A stretch of DNA of 64,000 bases from the human T2T-CHM13v2.0 reference genome, Homo sapiens, in assembly GCF_009914755.1 (NCBI RefSeq), contig NC_060925.1; one strand, written 5' to 3'. The translations under genes were made by a program, and so were the position numbers. Within the stretch, counting starts at the first letter, position 1. The number at the start of each line of letters is the position of its first letter. Below the pieces are notes generated by a model, which had not been told where the DNA came from, ran no database searches, and was given only the letters and a program-made list of their open reading frames with translations. Shown in pieces: positions 48,412 to 61,204 of the stretch.

Positions 48412-48697
48412 TTTTCTTTTTTTTTTTTTTTTTTGGAGACGGGGTCTCATTTTGTCACCCAGGCTGAAGTGCAGTGGTGCCACCCCAGGCTCAAGTGATC
48501 ATCCTACCTCAGCCTCCCGAGTAGCTGGGACTACAGGTGTGAGCCACCATGCCTGGCTAACTTTTAAAACATTTTTTCTTTTTTTTTTTTAGCAACAGGG
48601 TCTCACTATGTTGCTAGGGCTGGTCTAGAACTCCTGGACTCAAGGCGATCCTCTCACATCAGCCTCCCAAAGTGCTGGGATTGCACCATGCCCAGCC
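48412..48697 (-). mobile_element. AluJ with small deletions
   Basis: T-tract, caggctgaagtgcagtgg, cccaaagtgctgggatt. Confidence 0.9.
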
Positions 48698-49683
48698 TGC
48701 TTTTTAGATTTTTGAACTGTCAATACCCAATGTGTTTTGAAATCATACAGTAAGTAAGAATAGGCATTTTCTAAAGAAATCAGCCAACCTTGAAGGACAG
48801 CTGTGAAGTAAGAAGTAGATCTTATGGTTTACAAAGAGAGGGAGACAGCATCAGTACAGCAGTAGTCTTAGAAACTCTGCCTACTACTCTGACACTATGA
48901 CATTATTGCTCTAACTTATTTATTCTGATGCCAATTATTTTCTCAGCCTTCTGCTGAATCTATGACTCTAAATTAAATATGTATGTACACTGATATGTGT
49001 GTGCTTGCGTGTATGTGTGTGTGTGTAGGCACACACAGGCACACACATATCAATATGGGCATATATTTTTGAAACTAGAGTGAGCTTCAGAAGTTTCATC
49101 TCCATGTAGTATATCTTTGACTCATAGGTCTGACTCATAGTAGGATTTTTTAAAATCCAAATGTTTTATCTCAGAAGCTTATGTTCTATATAGACTTTTA
49201 GAAAAGAAGGCCACTGTATATCAACCATTAAACCAAAGTCAAAAATTTTAAAGTATATACAAACAAATTTGATATATGTACTACAGACTTAATTGTATTT
49301 ATTTTAGAATACTGTATGAGATTTAAATGATATATGGATATAGCAATAATTGGAAACATTTTGCATTAATAATTCAGTGGAGTTTCTTTCCTGAAATTTG
49401 GTTCCAAGCCTCAAGTACTTGTTATTAATAGCTGTGCAGAACAAATAAATCAGCTGTGATCCTAATCAGTGTGAAAATGTGGCTAATGCACTTTTCTGTT
49501 TCCCTAGGATCCCTGTTGCATACCTCGTGACATAACAGAAAAAATGTAGTCCAAACTATTTACGGAGATCTAAACTTCAAAGAGGATCTTTCTTAAGCTT
49601 GCTATGTTGAAACATGTTTTATCAAACAAGTTTAATTTCCACCATTTTGTTTCAAATTTATTAACTTTCCACCAATATTTTAC

Positions 49684-49737
49684 CTCTGGTCCTGGAGGGC
49701 CAGATGGTCCTTGGAGTCCTGGGTCACCTGTTTGGCC
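49684..49737 (-). CDS. COL24A1: Collagen exon, 54 bp: GQTGDPGLQGPSGPPGPE
   Basis: cccattttag|GGC...GAG|gtaaaa; Gly-X-Y, phase 0. Confidence 0.95.
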
Positions 49738-51019
49738 CTAAAATGGGGGGGGAGGATCAAAGTATAAACATAAACTTAATAAACACAATTAAAAGAAGAA
49801 ACAGGCATATGGTAAACAAATAGCAGTCAGTCATTATATTATCATGTCAAACAAGGTTGTAATGACTTTTTAGAAAAATTTGTAACCATCATTACTGTAA
49901 AAGTTTTTAAATAAGATGTTTATGGGTTTAATATACATTCACTCAAGTGTTAAGTGATACAAACAAATTAATGAGTCAAGTGCTCAAATCAAGAAAAGAA
50001 TTGTATGTTTATATGTGTTTCACAGAGATAAGACAATAAAGCTGGACTCAACAAGATAGGGAATTCTAGAGGAGAAACTGCTTTTATAAATAACCACAGT
50101 CCCAGGGCTGTCTCTGAAAATTCCTCTCTCCTTTGATACTGTAAGTGGCCTGAATTAGTAATTAAGACTCACCTGGATTGAAATCCTTGTTGCTTAATCT
50201 CTCTAAGCCTCAGTTTTCTCATCAATAAAATAGAAATAATAATTATAGTACTAACATTCTCAAAGAGTCATTGGAGAGTTAAATTAGATAATATATGTAA
50301 AGTGCTAAGCACAATGTCTGACATATGAAGTACTCATTAAATGTCAACCAATTTTACAATCATTATTCCTTCTCTTCACACCCTTTCTGCTTTCCTGGCT
50401 CACACATAGAATTCCTAGACTGTTTTCATCCTTTAATTGAAGTTTTAAGGATTCAGTTTCAGTATCTCTGAAGCTAGTTTCTGACATTCATGATAAAGAT
50501 GTGAAATCAGGGTTAAAGGAGAAAGTGACAGGAAAGAGAAGTAGGTATAAAGCCTGAAACTAGAGAAGGCTAGCAATGCTCTCGAGAGATGAAAGTTTGG
50601 AAAGGGAGGACAGTAGTCTGATATATCCATTTTCATAAGAAAAACTATTGCATTCATTATTTCTGTCATATTAAGTTTCTATATGAGCTTCAAATTTAAT
50701 TTAAATAAGCCTCAGATCACCTAAACTTGCAAGTTACAATACGGGATTGCCCATTTTCCAAAACCTAAAGCACAGTTTCCAATATGCACTTAATTCATTC
50801 TCAGTGCTGAGGTATCTGGACATAAAACAGGACACCATAAACTACTGCAATCAAATCCAGAGAAAGGCAGTGAAATATTATGGAAAGGCTCATTTAAGTT
50901 TCCCTTTCCAAATAAACAAAAACAAAATCTGTGATCCATCAGAATCAGTATACTGAAGTTCTTAAAATGACAAGCATCTCTCTTTAAAGAGATAGAGAAA
51001 GGGGCGAGGGGCTCTCATT

Positions 51020-51037
51020 GGAGCCCTCTAGTGGCAA
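51020..51037 (-). promoter_or_regulatory. Candidate CTCF site
   Basis: Minus strand tgCCACTAGAGGGCtcc matches the CTCF core; non-repeat, locally GC-rich context. Confidence 0.7.
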
Positions 51038-51807
51038 AATCCAACCACAAAGCTAAATTTCTAAGCAGTGAGGATAAAATAGCAATACCCTAGGGCTTTG
51101 TTTTCAGAAAAGCTGATTGACAATCACATATTTAAAAACAGAAATTGTGTAATGATTTTATTTGATCTTCAGAATAATTCTTTGTTTTGTAAAATTTTGA
51201 TTGCAAATTTCCTATGAATGTCAATTTTTCTTTATAAAAGCTGACATTTTAAGTAACTTGTAGATAACTAATATTAAATAAACCTCTACAAATGACAAAA
51301 ATCCCTAGCTAAAAAATGGATAGGGCATAACAATTGTGTTTGTTTTCTTGGTCTAAAGGAAAGTGTATTTACGAACAACCTCAGAGTGGTAGTTTTCTCT
51401 ATTTTTTTTTAAAATACTTGTAGAGCAAAAGCTTCCCTATTCAAGAACTGTAACAACTTTCCAAATCAGGACATTCCTTCTTATATCTTGAAAATATTAT
51501 TTCATGTTACAACTTAGATCTACTTGGAAACAATATTAGTTAGTAACACCAACCTCTTAGGTAACAGAAAATTAAAAGTAGGATCTATAAAATAGGGAAG
51601 ACATCCTTATGATGTTGGCATTCTTTCCACGACAGTAAACAAACATTTTAGATAGGCATTAACTTATATAATTGAATGTGGGAGTTTGTTTCTTAATATA
51701 ATAACTGATTCTGCATAAGCAACTTTTCATCAAACAAGTGTCTCCTTCTATAAGAAGGAAAGGTTTCCTGGTCAAACACCTACAGTTTTTCTATTAATAA
51801 TATATAC

Positions 51808-52120
51808 AGCCAGGTGCAGTGGCTCACACCTATAATCCCACATTCTAGGAGGCCGAGGTAAGAGGATTGCTTGAGGCCAGGAGTTTAAGACTAACCTGGG
51901 CAACAAAGCAAGACCTGGTTTCTACAATTTTTTTTTTTTTAATTAGCTGGGTATGGTGGTGGACCTGCAGTCCTTGCTACTTGAGAGGCTGAGGTGGAAG
52001 GACCACTTGACCCCAAGAGTTGGAGACTGCAGTGAGCTGTGATGGCACCATTACACTCTATCCTGAGCAACAGAGGGAGGCCCTGTCTCTAAAAATTTTT
52101 TTTTTAATTAAAACAAAAAG
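51808..52120 (+). mobile_element. AluJ
   Basis: ggattgcttgaggccaggag; linker and tail converted to T-rich runs. Confidence 0.9.
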
Positions 52121-52575
52121 ATACAAACAAGTAATAAATACAACAAGAGACAAAATACAAGGCTATCTCACTAATTTTAATTCATGAATGCTTATCTTAT
52201 CTTCGGCCCAAAGTAGTTTTCAAAAGTTTGATAAAACAAATAAAAAAAAATCAATTATCTCCCTACCAAAGTAATTCCTGCTGACATTAATTTTCTTTAT
52301 TAGAACAGTACAGAAAGGTGTAAAATGAGTAAGTAAAAGCCTCACTCTCACTGTCTCTTGCTCCCTGCCCTAAAAGAACATCATTAGCATTTATTGTGAC
52401 TTCTTTCAGGAAAAAAATACTAAGGGCTTTAAGATAATGTGTTAAAGGTGAAACAGGCTCTCTGCCTTTTCTTTAGCTTACACTAGGAGGAATATTAGTA
52501 AGTACTATGTCTAAAAGAGAAAAACATCATAATCACAGGACTATAAGGAACCTTACATATGATATGGCCTAAACT

Positions 52576-52897
52576 TTCTTTTTTCATTCTTTCTTTTTTT
52601 TTTTTTTTTTTTTTTTTTGAGATGGAGTCTCACTCTGTCGCTCAAGCTGGAGTCCAGTGGCGCAATCTTGACTTACTGCAACCTCTGCCTTCTGGATTCA
52701 AGCGATTCTCCTGCCTCAGCCTCCTGAGGAGCTGGGACTAAAGGTGCCTGCCACTATGCCTGGGTAATTTTTGTATTTTTAGTAGAGACAGGGTTTCACC
52801 ATGTTGGTCAGGGTGGTCTCGAACTCCTGACCTCGTGATCCACCCACCTCAGCTGCCCAAAGTGCTGGGATTACAGGCGTGAGCCACCGCACGTGGC
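52576..52897 (-). mobile_element. AluS (Sg/Sc-like)
   Basis: T-tract...ctcctgacctcgtgatcc...gagccaccgcacgtggcc. Confidence 0.95.
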
Positions 52898-53917
52898 CCT
52901 AACTTTCATTTTAAACATGAGAAGCTGGTACCATGGTGGTTAAATACCCAAGGTGATAGCCAGTAGGTTAAGTGCCAGAGCTGGGACCAGAATCCAGGTC
53001 TTTGTCTCTCTAGCCAATGATTTTTTTACTCCCATCAACATGTTATAAATATAAATTTAATCAAAGAGTAAGGAACACTAAAATGGTTTGCCTTGTGTAA
53101 GCACGATACTTGACTCTAGTTTTCTCAAAAAATTAATTGTAAAGCACAAAAAAATACTTATATTATTTATTAGTTAATAGTGCCCTTAGAGCATGTATTG
53201 TATCATTTCATCCTATTTGGTCAAGCGCTAGAAAAATGTCACATTATTTAAAAAAAAGAATATGTAAAAAGTATCTTATTTTGCCAATCACTGCAAATAT
53301 CAGAGAGTCTTTATATGGTTTAGAACCATCCTTGAAAAACAGAAGTTGTTTGTTAGCTTCATGACCTAGTCTCATGATCCAATTTATGCACTCTAGAGTT
53401 TCTGAGATTCAACTCAAGGGTACAAGGGAGGGTACACGGCTTATTAGGTTAAGCCCTTATGGCAATAAGCCCAGGGCAAAGAACTAGTATAAGCAAAGGT
53501 CACCACTAACATTTCATCGAATAGATGCCAAAAATTGTTCTTTGGGTTAAATAATTCCTAAGAGATGTATATAAAATACTGTCACTGTTAGAAGTCACAA
53601 AGAATGGGGTAAAGTTCTGTAATTTAATACTGCTTCCTGAGATAAAAAAAATAAATAATCCTGAGATGGAAGGGTAGAGTTAGAGGGAACACAATGAACT
53701 GCTCAGGAACATAACACAATTATTTTTTAATGTATATTTTAATGTGACATTAATAAATTATAATCCTATATGTATTTTTTGTATGTATAATCATCTCTAC
53801 CTTTTTCATAGAATTGAATCCTATATCTAATTTTTTCTATCTGTAATCACCTTTACCTTCACAGAGTTGTAATCAATATTAAACTCCTAAAACCATCTTA
53901 AAATATTAAACCCTAAA

Positions 53918-54180
53918 ACAGTATGGCACAGTAGCTAAACGCATGAGCTCTGACATACCTGATTGCCTAGGTTTTTCTGAATGGTCACCTACTAAGTAGG
54001 TGGCCACCCAGGTGACCTTAGATGTTTTCTAACACTGTGTCTCAATTTTCTTAATATAAAAAATAGGAATAATAATAGTACCAACTTTGTAGGATTGTTG
54101 TGAAGATTAATTTAGATGTATAGTCCTTAGAATACTGCCTGGTATTGTGTAGATACTCAGCAAATGTTAGCTATAATAAT
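53918..54180 (+). mobile_element. MIR
   Basis: acagtatggcacagtagctaa...aggattgttgtgaagattaa...actcagcaaatgttagcta. Confidence 0.75.
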
Positions 54181-54772
54181 TATGATTTTTAATATTTAGA
54201 AATATATTTTCTCAAGTTTTAACCATTTTATTTAAATAGCTTTAATTATTAAGTAATTTTAGATTTATAATTTTTTGAGTTTTATGTTAACAGCAATATA
54301 AGGTATCTTTTTCTTTCGTCTAATCGATGTCCAAGGGTCAGGAAAAAAAATAAGGATTTAGAATATTTTGGTCCACAAGAGAGTGCAAACATGCTACCTT
54401 TTCTTCAGACTGTTTCCTTAATAAAATTGATATTTTGAAAAGTTAAAATATTATTTAAGGTGCTTTACATTTTCTGGCTTCAAAGCCTATTGTTTTAATT
54501 TAAATATTGTCTATATTAAATTATTCAGTAGAATAATATGACCAAGATCTTTAGGACTCTCAGAAACTTGGCTTTGGCCTAGGGTTGGGAGTAGAGGGAA
54601 GTCCAAAAGTCTATGGAATGTGAACTGAATACCTGAGGGATTTGCTATATTCTAAAACTAAGGAGACAAATGCTCAGTAGGCTTATACCCTACTTAGATC
54701 AACAGTGTCGAGACTCATGCCATGACATGCACTCTGTCAATTACAAAGAGCAAAGCAAAAGTTCAAACCTAC

Positions 54773-54826
54773 TGAAGGCCCTGACTTTCCTCTCATCCCT
54801 GGTGGTCCTGGTAAACCAACAGCACC
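54773..54826 (-). CDS. COL24A1: Collagen exon, 54 bp: GAVGLPGPPGMRGKSGPS
   Basis: tcttttag|GGT...TCA|gtaggt; Gly-X-Y, phase 0. Confidence 0.95.
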
Positions 54827-55074
54827 CTAAAAGAAGAGAATAACAGACAGAAGAGAAAGTTATTATACCACAAAAGGCAGACATACCACTATTTACAAAC
54901 TGCTAAAAAATTTCATAAAGTATGCTAAAATATTGAGACAAAAGTTTCAAACAAGAACTTAAAACCATATTGATACCACATTCTAACACAATACATGGAT
55001 AAAATAATAAGCAGTTCTTTCTTTTGAATTTACACTTTTTCATATTTACATAAAATTAATGGTATAAACATTAC

Positions 55075-55128
55075 CTTGTCTCCAGGATACCCGGGTTCTC
55101 CTAGCTCTCCTGCTGTGCCTTGTTCACC
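55075..55128 (-). CDS. COL24A1: Collagen exon, 54 bp: GEQGTAGELGEPGYPGDK
   Basis: ctttccag|GGT...AAG|gtaatg; Gly-X-Y, phase 0. Confidence 0.95.
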
Positions 55129-55369
55129 CTGGAAAGCACAATTTCATGCAAAGATACTTATGTATCACAAACATGGCAATATTATAAGAAAGCAAATATT
55201 CATTGTAGAAGAATAATTTCTCTATTTTTCTTACTTCTGAGGAAAACTAATATAATTGATACTACAAATTAGACTCCATAAAAACAAAATATTTCATAAA
55301 TTGTGTTGACTGAAAAGTAAAAGACAAATGTGATAAAAATTATTTTTATAATATTAATATTTAAATCAC

Positions 55370-55414
55370 CTTATCACCTTTGATTCCAGGTAGTCCTTTA
55401 TTCCCTGAAAGGCC
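55370..55414 (-). CDS. COL24A1: Collagen exon, 45 bp: GLSGNKGLPGIKGDK
   Basis: ttttgtag|GGC...AAG|gtgatt; 15 codons Gly-X-Y; preceded by a 76-bp intron. Confidence 0.95.
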
Positions 55415-55490
55415 CTACAAAAAAAGGTGACATTTTGTGATATCATAGACAGATTAAAGGGAAATATCCATTATACAAATAGAACCATAC

Positions 55491-55544
55491 CATTGGGCCA
55501 GGAATTCCAGCAGGTCCAATTGGTCCCACAGGGCCAACACTGCC
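55491..55544 (-). CDS. COL24A1: Collagen triple-helix exon, 54 bp: GSVGPVGPIGPAGIPGPM (first exon in window in transcript order)
   Basis: Minus strand ttttccag|GGC...ATG|gtatgg; 18 codons of perfect Gly-X-Y, phase 0. Confidence 0.95.
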
Positions 55545-58500
55545 CTGGAAAACAGTAAGAAAGAAATGCATCATTAAGCATTCATTAGGATTAGAAAGAA
55601 AATGTGGCAGAATTAATAAATTAATGAACCCAAAACAGCCAACTCACTAAGCTCCTACACGTGCCTTGTTCTTCAACAACTTATTTTTCTCTCCACATTT
55701 ATAAATCATACCAATATTTCAAACCTTAGTGAAGTCCATCATTTTTCTGAAACCTTTTCATATTTGTCTAGTCCACAGAGATTCTTTCCTCCTTTGAGCT
55801 CCTATAATACTGTCCATGACATTCATCTTGCAATATTTCTCCAACTAGATGAGACCTTTAAAAAATATTTTAGTGCCATATTCCCAGGAACTAGTCAACA
55901 GATACTTCATTTGATTGTCTTAGAGTTTTATTTCACCCACTTATTCAGCAAATATTTTTTGAGGAGTTACTATGTGCCAGACATCCTAATGATTTGATTT
56001 TATAATTTCAAATTTGCAGAATGAGAAAATTTATCATAATTTCAGGGATAAACTCAGAGGCAAACAAAAAGCTCTACTCTTCTGGGCTTATCTCGTTTAT
56101 TCATCATTTAATATTTACTAAGCATAATATGTACGAGACACTGTTGAAGAAAAAAAGAGAAAAAAGACATAATCTCTAACATCAAGGTTCTCAATTTAAT
56201 GCTCTAATTCTTCAGAAACATTACCACTATTATCTTCTGCAAGCAAGAGACTTAGAAAAAACTTCAATATGTCATCTTAGAAGACAAAGGGCAATAGCAA
56301 CATAAGGGTATGAAAGAAAAATTTGAAAAACAAAATGGCACTTCTTGGTGGTTTGGGATCAGTTATAATTTCTGTGTCACTGAGGTCTCCTTTTTCTTCT
56401 TTTTCTCACGATCTTTCTTTGCCTGGCTTCCTTACTACTCTTTATAATGGAAATCCAAGTTAGTTCAAACTTCTCTTTCTAGTTTCTAAATATTAAGGAA
56501 CTCTTAAAGTTGCATTTGTGAAATGCTAAGAATGTTACCTCTTGTAGTTAGAATTCTAATTTCTTAGGATAGCATCCTAAGCCCTCTCTATTAGGCTTCC
56601 ATCAAACTTTCCAGTCTCCTTTCCTTCCATTGTCCTCATTTCCCTTCCACTTTACTTCTCCCTCCCCGAAATCCTCCATTCTAGCTGCAGTGGACTGTCT
56701 TTCATTTTCTGAATAGCTCTCCCTTACCAAATGCTCAGAACCTTTGACAAGACAGTTACCAGTACTAGAATGCACTTCTACTACGCTACTTAGTACATGG
56801 CACTGTACTTTTTTTTTCCTGCCTTCCTAGTCTGTGCATTTTGTGACAGCGGAAACACGTTTCATTCATTTTTTTTATTTCCCAGACCCAACATAATAAC
56901 TGGCAGATAATGGTTCTGAAATAAAGTGTAGAATGAATACTGAAGGGATTAATTTGAAATGGTGATTTCTAGAGCTCAATATCCTAACATAACAGCATTT
57001 CTAATTGTCTACATTTATATAATACAAATTTCAGAATGGAAAATAAGACATCATATGGATGAGTCTTAAAGTCTGTGAAATACAGCTAAGATAAATTATT
57101 TCTAACATGTTTAATCCTGAAATATATAACACCGTTAGAGGCAAAGGGTAATACTTTCCAACTTAATAGATATGCAATATTAATACATGATGCTTGTAAT
57201 TTCAAATTATGTCAATAGGAAAACTTGTGCTTATGATTACAGTGGCTAGTTTATTCAAAGTTCATAGCTTTAAAACTTATGATAGGTTAGAAAAATACAA
57301 AAATATCTCTGTTTGGAAATTATGCAAAAGTAATCCAAGTAAGTATGGAAAGGACTATCTTAACAAACACACACACAAATCTTTCTTTGTGTCCTTTTGT
57401 TTTCTTCATAGATAAAATAATATTCTTAACTTTTTTCAGTAAGTATATTACTAGCATCTTCAGATGAATGTACTTTGTATATATAATATCCTATTTTACT
57501 TTTCAGTGACTCTACATGAAAAAATCACATAACAGTAAGTATTGGGAGATATGAAAAATATATTATAATGAACTTAGAAAAATAAAGAACTATAAAGTAA
57601 AATTGAATACTATGGAATTGAAATTTCCAAGAAACAGCATGTCACAAATTGAGTGGAAATCCTAGTCCTGAGAAACTATAGCCTTCTGAAAGCAACTCAG
57701 TTCTCAGTTCTACCAAGGTAACCTGAAAGTCCTTCAGCATTCCCTAACTACCAACTCATCTTCCATAAGAACATGGAACAGACAGAAGAAATACTTTCAT
57801 GCGTGGGAGCCTTGTTGAGGGTGTTTGGGATATGGCATCAGAGACAGAGGAGCCTCCCACACAGCTCCTCTGAGAACTTCTGAGTTAAGTCAAAGAAATA
57901 GAGAGACCCAGAGGATAAGTTATTTGTATTAAAAAGAGCAGTCACTGGCCAATTAATAAGGGTTCATATGGTATACTGTAGAAAGGACTGTGAGTTCCAC
58001 ATGGTGCTTTTAAATCACACCCACCATACTCACACGTGATACACATTGTCACTAGTCTAAGAAAGCATATAACAATGACAACCAACTGCATGGAAAAAAT
58101 AATTTAGATAAAGCAATAGCATCTCTTATCAGAAACTATACCTGCTGGAAGGGAACACCTGAGAGATAAAGCAGAGGCTGCTGCTCCGGGCAAGCAGACA
58201 AGTTGTTTACTATGCAATATAAAGGGTCTTCATAATCCTTCCCAATTACTTTCAAAACCTCAATTCCTTCCATTCTGCTCCCAAGCCCTTACTTCCTATG
58301 CTACAATCCCACTACTCCTCTTTCCAGTCCCAAACATTCATTTTTCCCCATCTTCTGTGTATTTGAACACAGCATTTTTGTACCTAAAGAAAGCTTTTCC
58401 CCCTTTCACCCCACCCCATTCATATACAATCTTCAAGATATAGCTCCAAAAATATCTCCTTTGTGAAGCCTACTCTGACTTTCTGAGATAACAGAAATTG

Positions 58501-58848
58501 CTCCTTTTCAGTGGTTTTACATTTAATCAATTATAGCAGTAATCACAGTATATGACACTACTTATTTTTCCTTCTATGCCATTAGATTGTAATGTTGCCA
58601 AAAATAGGAATTTTAACTTGTTCATATTATTAGGCCTAGCAGTTAGTTCAGCTATTTAGTAGGTGCTCACATTGTTTTAATTTTAAAAAGTAATGAATGT
58701 AAGATGGAAGTAACAATACCTGCTTTATCTACTTTACAACTCATTGAGGAGCAAATAAGATATGTATATAAAACTACTTTGAAAGGTAGAAAGGACCATC
58801 TATATCAGTTTAGAAGAGATGAGGACTACAAAGATGACTCTTACTATC

Positions 58849-61204
58849 TGATATGGTTTGGGTGTGTCCCCACCCAAAATTTCATCTGAATTGTAGTCTC
58901 CATAATCCCCACATGTCAAAGGCAGGACCAGGTGGACATAATCAGATCATTGGGGAGGATTCCCCCATGCTATTCTCATGATAGTGAGTGAGGCTCATGA
59001 AATCTGATGGTTTTATAAGCATCTGGCATTTCCCTTGTTGCACTCACTCCGTCCTGCCACCCTGTGAAGAAGTGCCTGCTTCTCCTTTGCCTTCCAACAT
59101 GACTGTAAGTTTCCTGAGGTCACCCCAGCAATGCAGAACTGTGAGTCAATTAAATCTCTTTCCTTTATAAATTACCCAGTCTCGGATATTTCTTCACAGT
59201 GGTGTGAGAACTGGCTATTACAGTAAACTGGTACTGCAGAGAATGGTTGCTGCTATAAAGATACCTGGAAATGTGAAAGCGACTTTGGAACTGGGTAACA
59301 GGCAGAGGCTGGAACAGTGTGGAGGGCTCAGAAGAAGACAGGAAGATGTGGGAAAGTTTGGAACTTCCTAGAGACTTATTGAATGGCTTTTATCAAAATC
59401 CTGATAGTGATTTGGACAATGAAGTCCAAGCTGAGGTGGTCTCAGGGTAAGATGAAAAACTTCCCAGGAACTACAGTAAGGGTGACTCTTGCTATGCTTT
59501 AGCTAACAGACTGGTGGCATTTTGCCCTGCCCTAAAGTTCTGTGGAACTTTGAACTTGAGAGAGATGATTTAGGATATCTGGCGGAAGAAATTTTTAAGC
59601 AGCAAAGCATTCAAGAGGTGTCTTGGATGCTCTTAAAAGCATTCAGTTTTATGCATTCACAAAGAGTTTGGAATTGGAACTTATGTTTAAAAGGGAAGCA
59701 AAGTATAAAAAAGTTCAGAAAATTTGCAGCATGAGAATGCAATAGAAAAGAAAAACTGATTTTCTGAGGAGAAATTAAAGTCAGCTGCAGAAATCTGGGT
59801 AAGTAATGAGAAGCCAAGTGTTAATCCCCAAGACAATGGGGAAAATGTCTCCAGGGAGTGTCAGAGATCTTCACAGCAGCCCCCTCCTATCACAGGCCCA
59901 GAGGCCTAGGAGAAAAAAAAGGTTTTTGGGCTGGGCCTAGAGCCTTGCTGCTTTGTGCAGTCTCAGGACTTGGTGCCCTGAATCCCAGCTGTGGCTAAAA
60001 GGGGTCAACACAGAGCTCAGGCCGGTGCTTCAGAGGGTGCAAGCCCCAAGCCTTGGCTACTTACACATGGTGTTGAGCCTGCAGGTGCACAGAAGTCAAT
60101 AATTGAGGTTTGGGAACCTCTGCCTAGATTTCACAGGATGTCAGGAAATGCCTGGATGTCCAGGCAGAAGTTTGCTGCAGGGGTGACACCCTCATGGAGA
60201 ATCTCTGCTAGGACAGTGTAGAAGGGAAATGTAGGGTCAGAGGCCCCACACAGAGTCCCCACTAGGGCACTTTTTAGTGGAGCTGTGAGAAGAGGGCCAC
60301 CATCTTCCAGACCCCAGAATGGTAGATCCACCAACAGCTTGCACCATTCACCTGGAAAAGCCACAGGCACTCAATGCCAGACCATGAAGGCAGCTGGGTG
60401 GGGGTCTTTACCCTTTAAAGCTACAGGGTGGTGCTGCCCAAGGCTGTGGGAACCCACCTCCTACATCAGTGTGACCTGGATGTGAGACACGGAGTCAAAT
60501 TGAGATCATTTTGGAATTTTAAGTTTTAATGACTGCCCTACTTGATTTTGGATTTTCATGGAGCCTGTAGCCCCTTTGTTTTGGCCAATATCTCCTATTT
60601 GGAATGGGAGTATTTACCCAATGCCTGTACCCCCATTGTATCTAGGAGGTAACTAACTGCTTTCAATTTTACAGGTTCATAGATGGAAGGACTTGCCTTG
60701 TCTCAGATAAGACTTTGGACTTGGACTTTTGGGTTAACGCTGGAATGAGCTAGAACTTTGGGGGACTGTCGGAAAGGCATGATTGTGTTTTGAAATGTGA
60801 GGACATGAGATTTGGGAGGAGCCAGTGGCAGAATGATATGGTTTGGCTATGGCCCCACCCAAAATCTCATCTTGAATTATAATTCCCATAACCCCCACAT
60901 GCCAAGGGCAGGACCAGGTGGACATAATTGGATCATGGAGATGGCTGCCCCATGCTGTTCCCATGATAGTAAGTGAGGCTCACGAGATCTCATGGTTTTA
61001 TAAGCATCTGGCATTTCCCCTGTTTGCATTCACTCTGCTACCCTCTACAGAAGGCACCTGCTTTTCCTTTGTCTTCCACCATGATTGTAAGTTTCCTGAG
61101 GCCTCCCCAGCAATGTGGAACTGTGAGTCAATTAAACCTCTTTCCTTTATAAATTACGCAGTCTCAGGTATTTCTTCATAGCTGTGTGAGAATGGACTAA
61201 TACA
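58849..61204 (+). mobile_element. Complete THE1 (THE1D-like) MaLR provirus: LTR 58849-59222, internal 59223-60833, LTR 60834-61204
   Basis: Two homologous ~370-bp LTRs (tgatatggtttgg...taca) around a ~1.6-kb THE1-int; polypurine tract before the 3' LTR. Confidence 0.95.

Noticed and set aside
59522-61181. Several ORFs in the THE1 element
   Set aside because: Decayed MaLR internal/LTR sequence with no continuous frame
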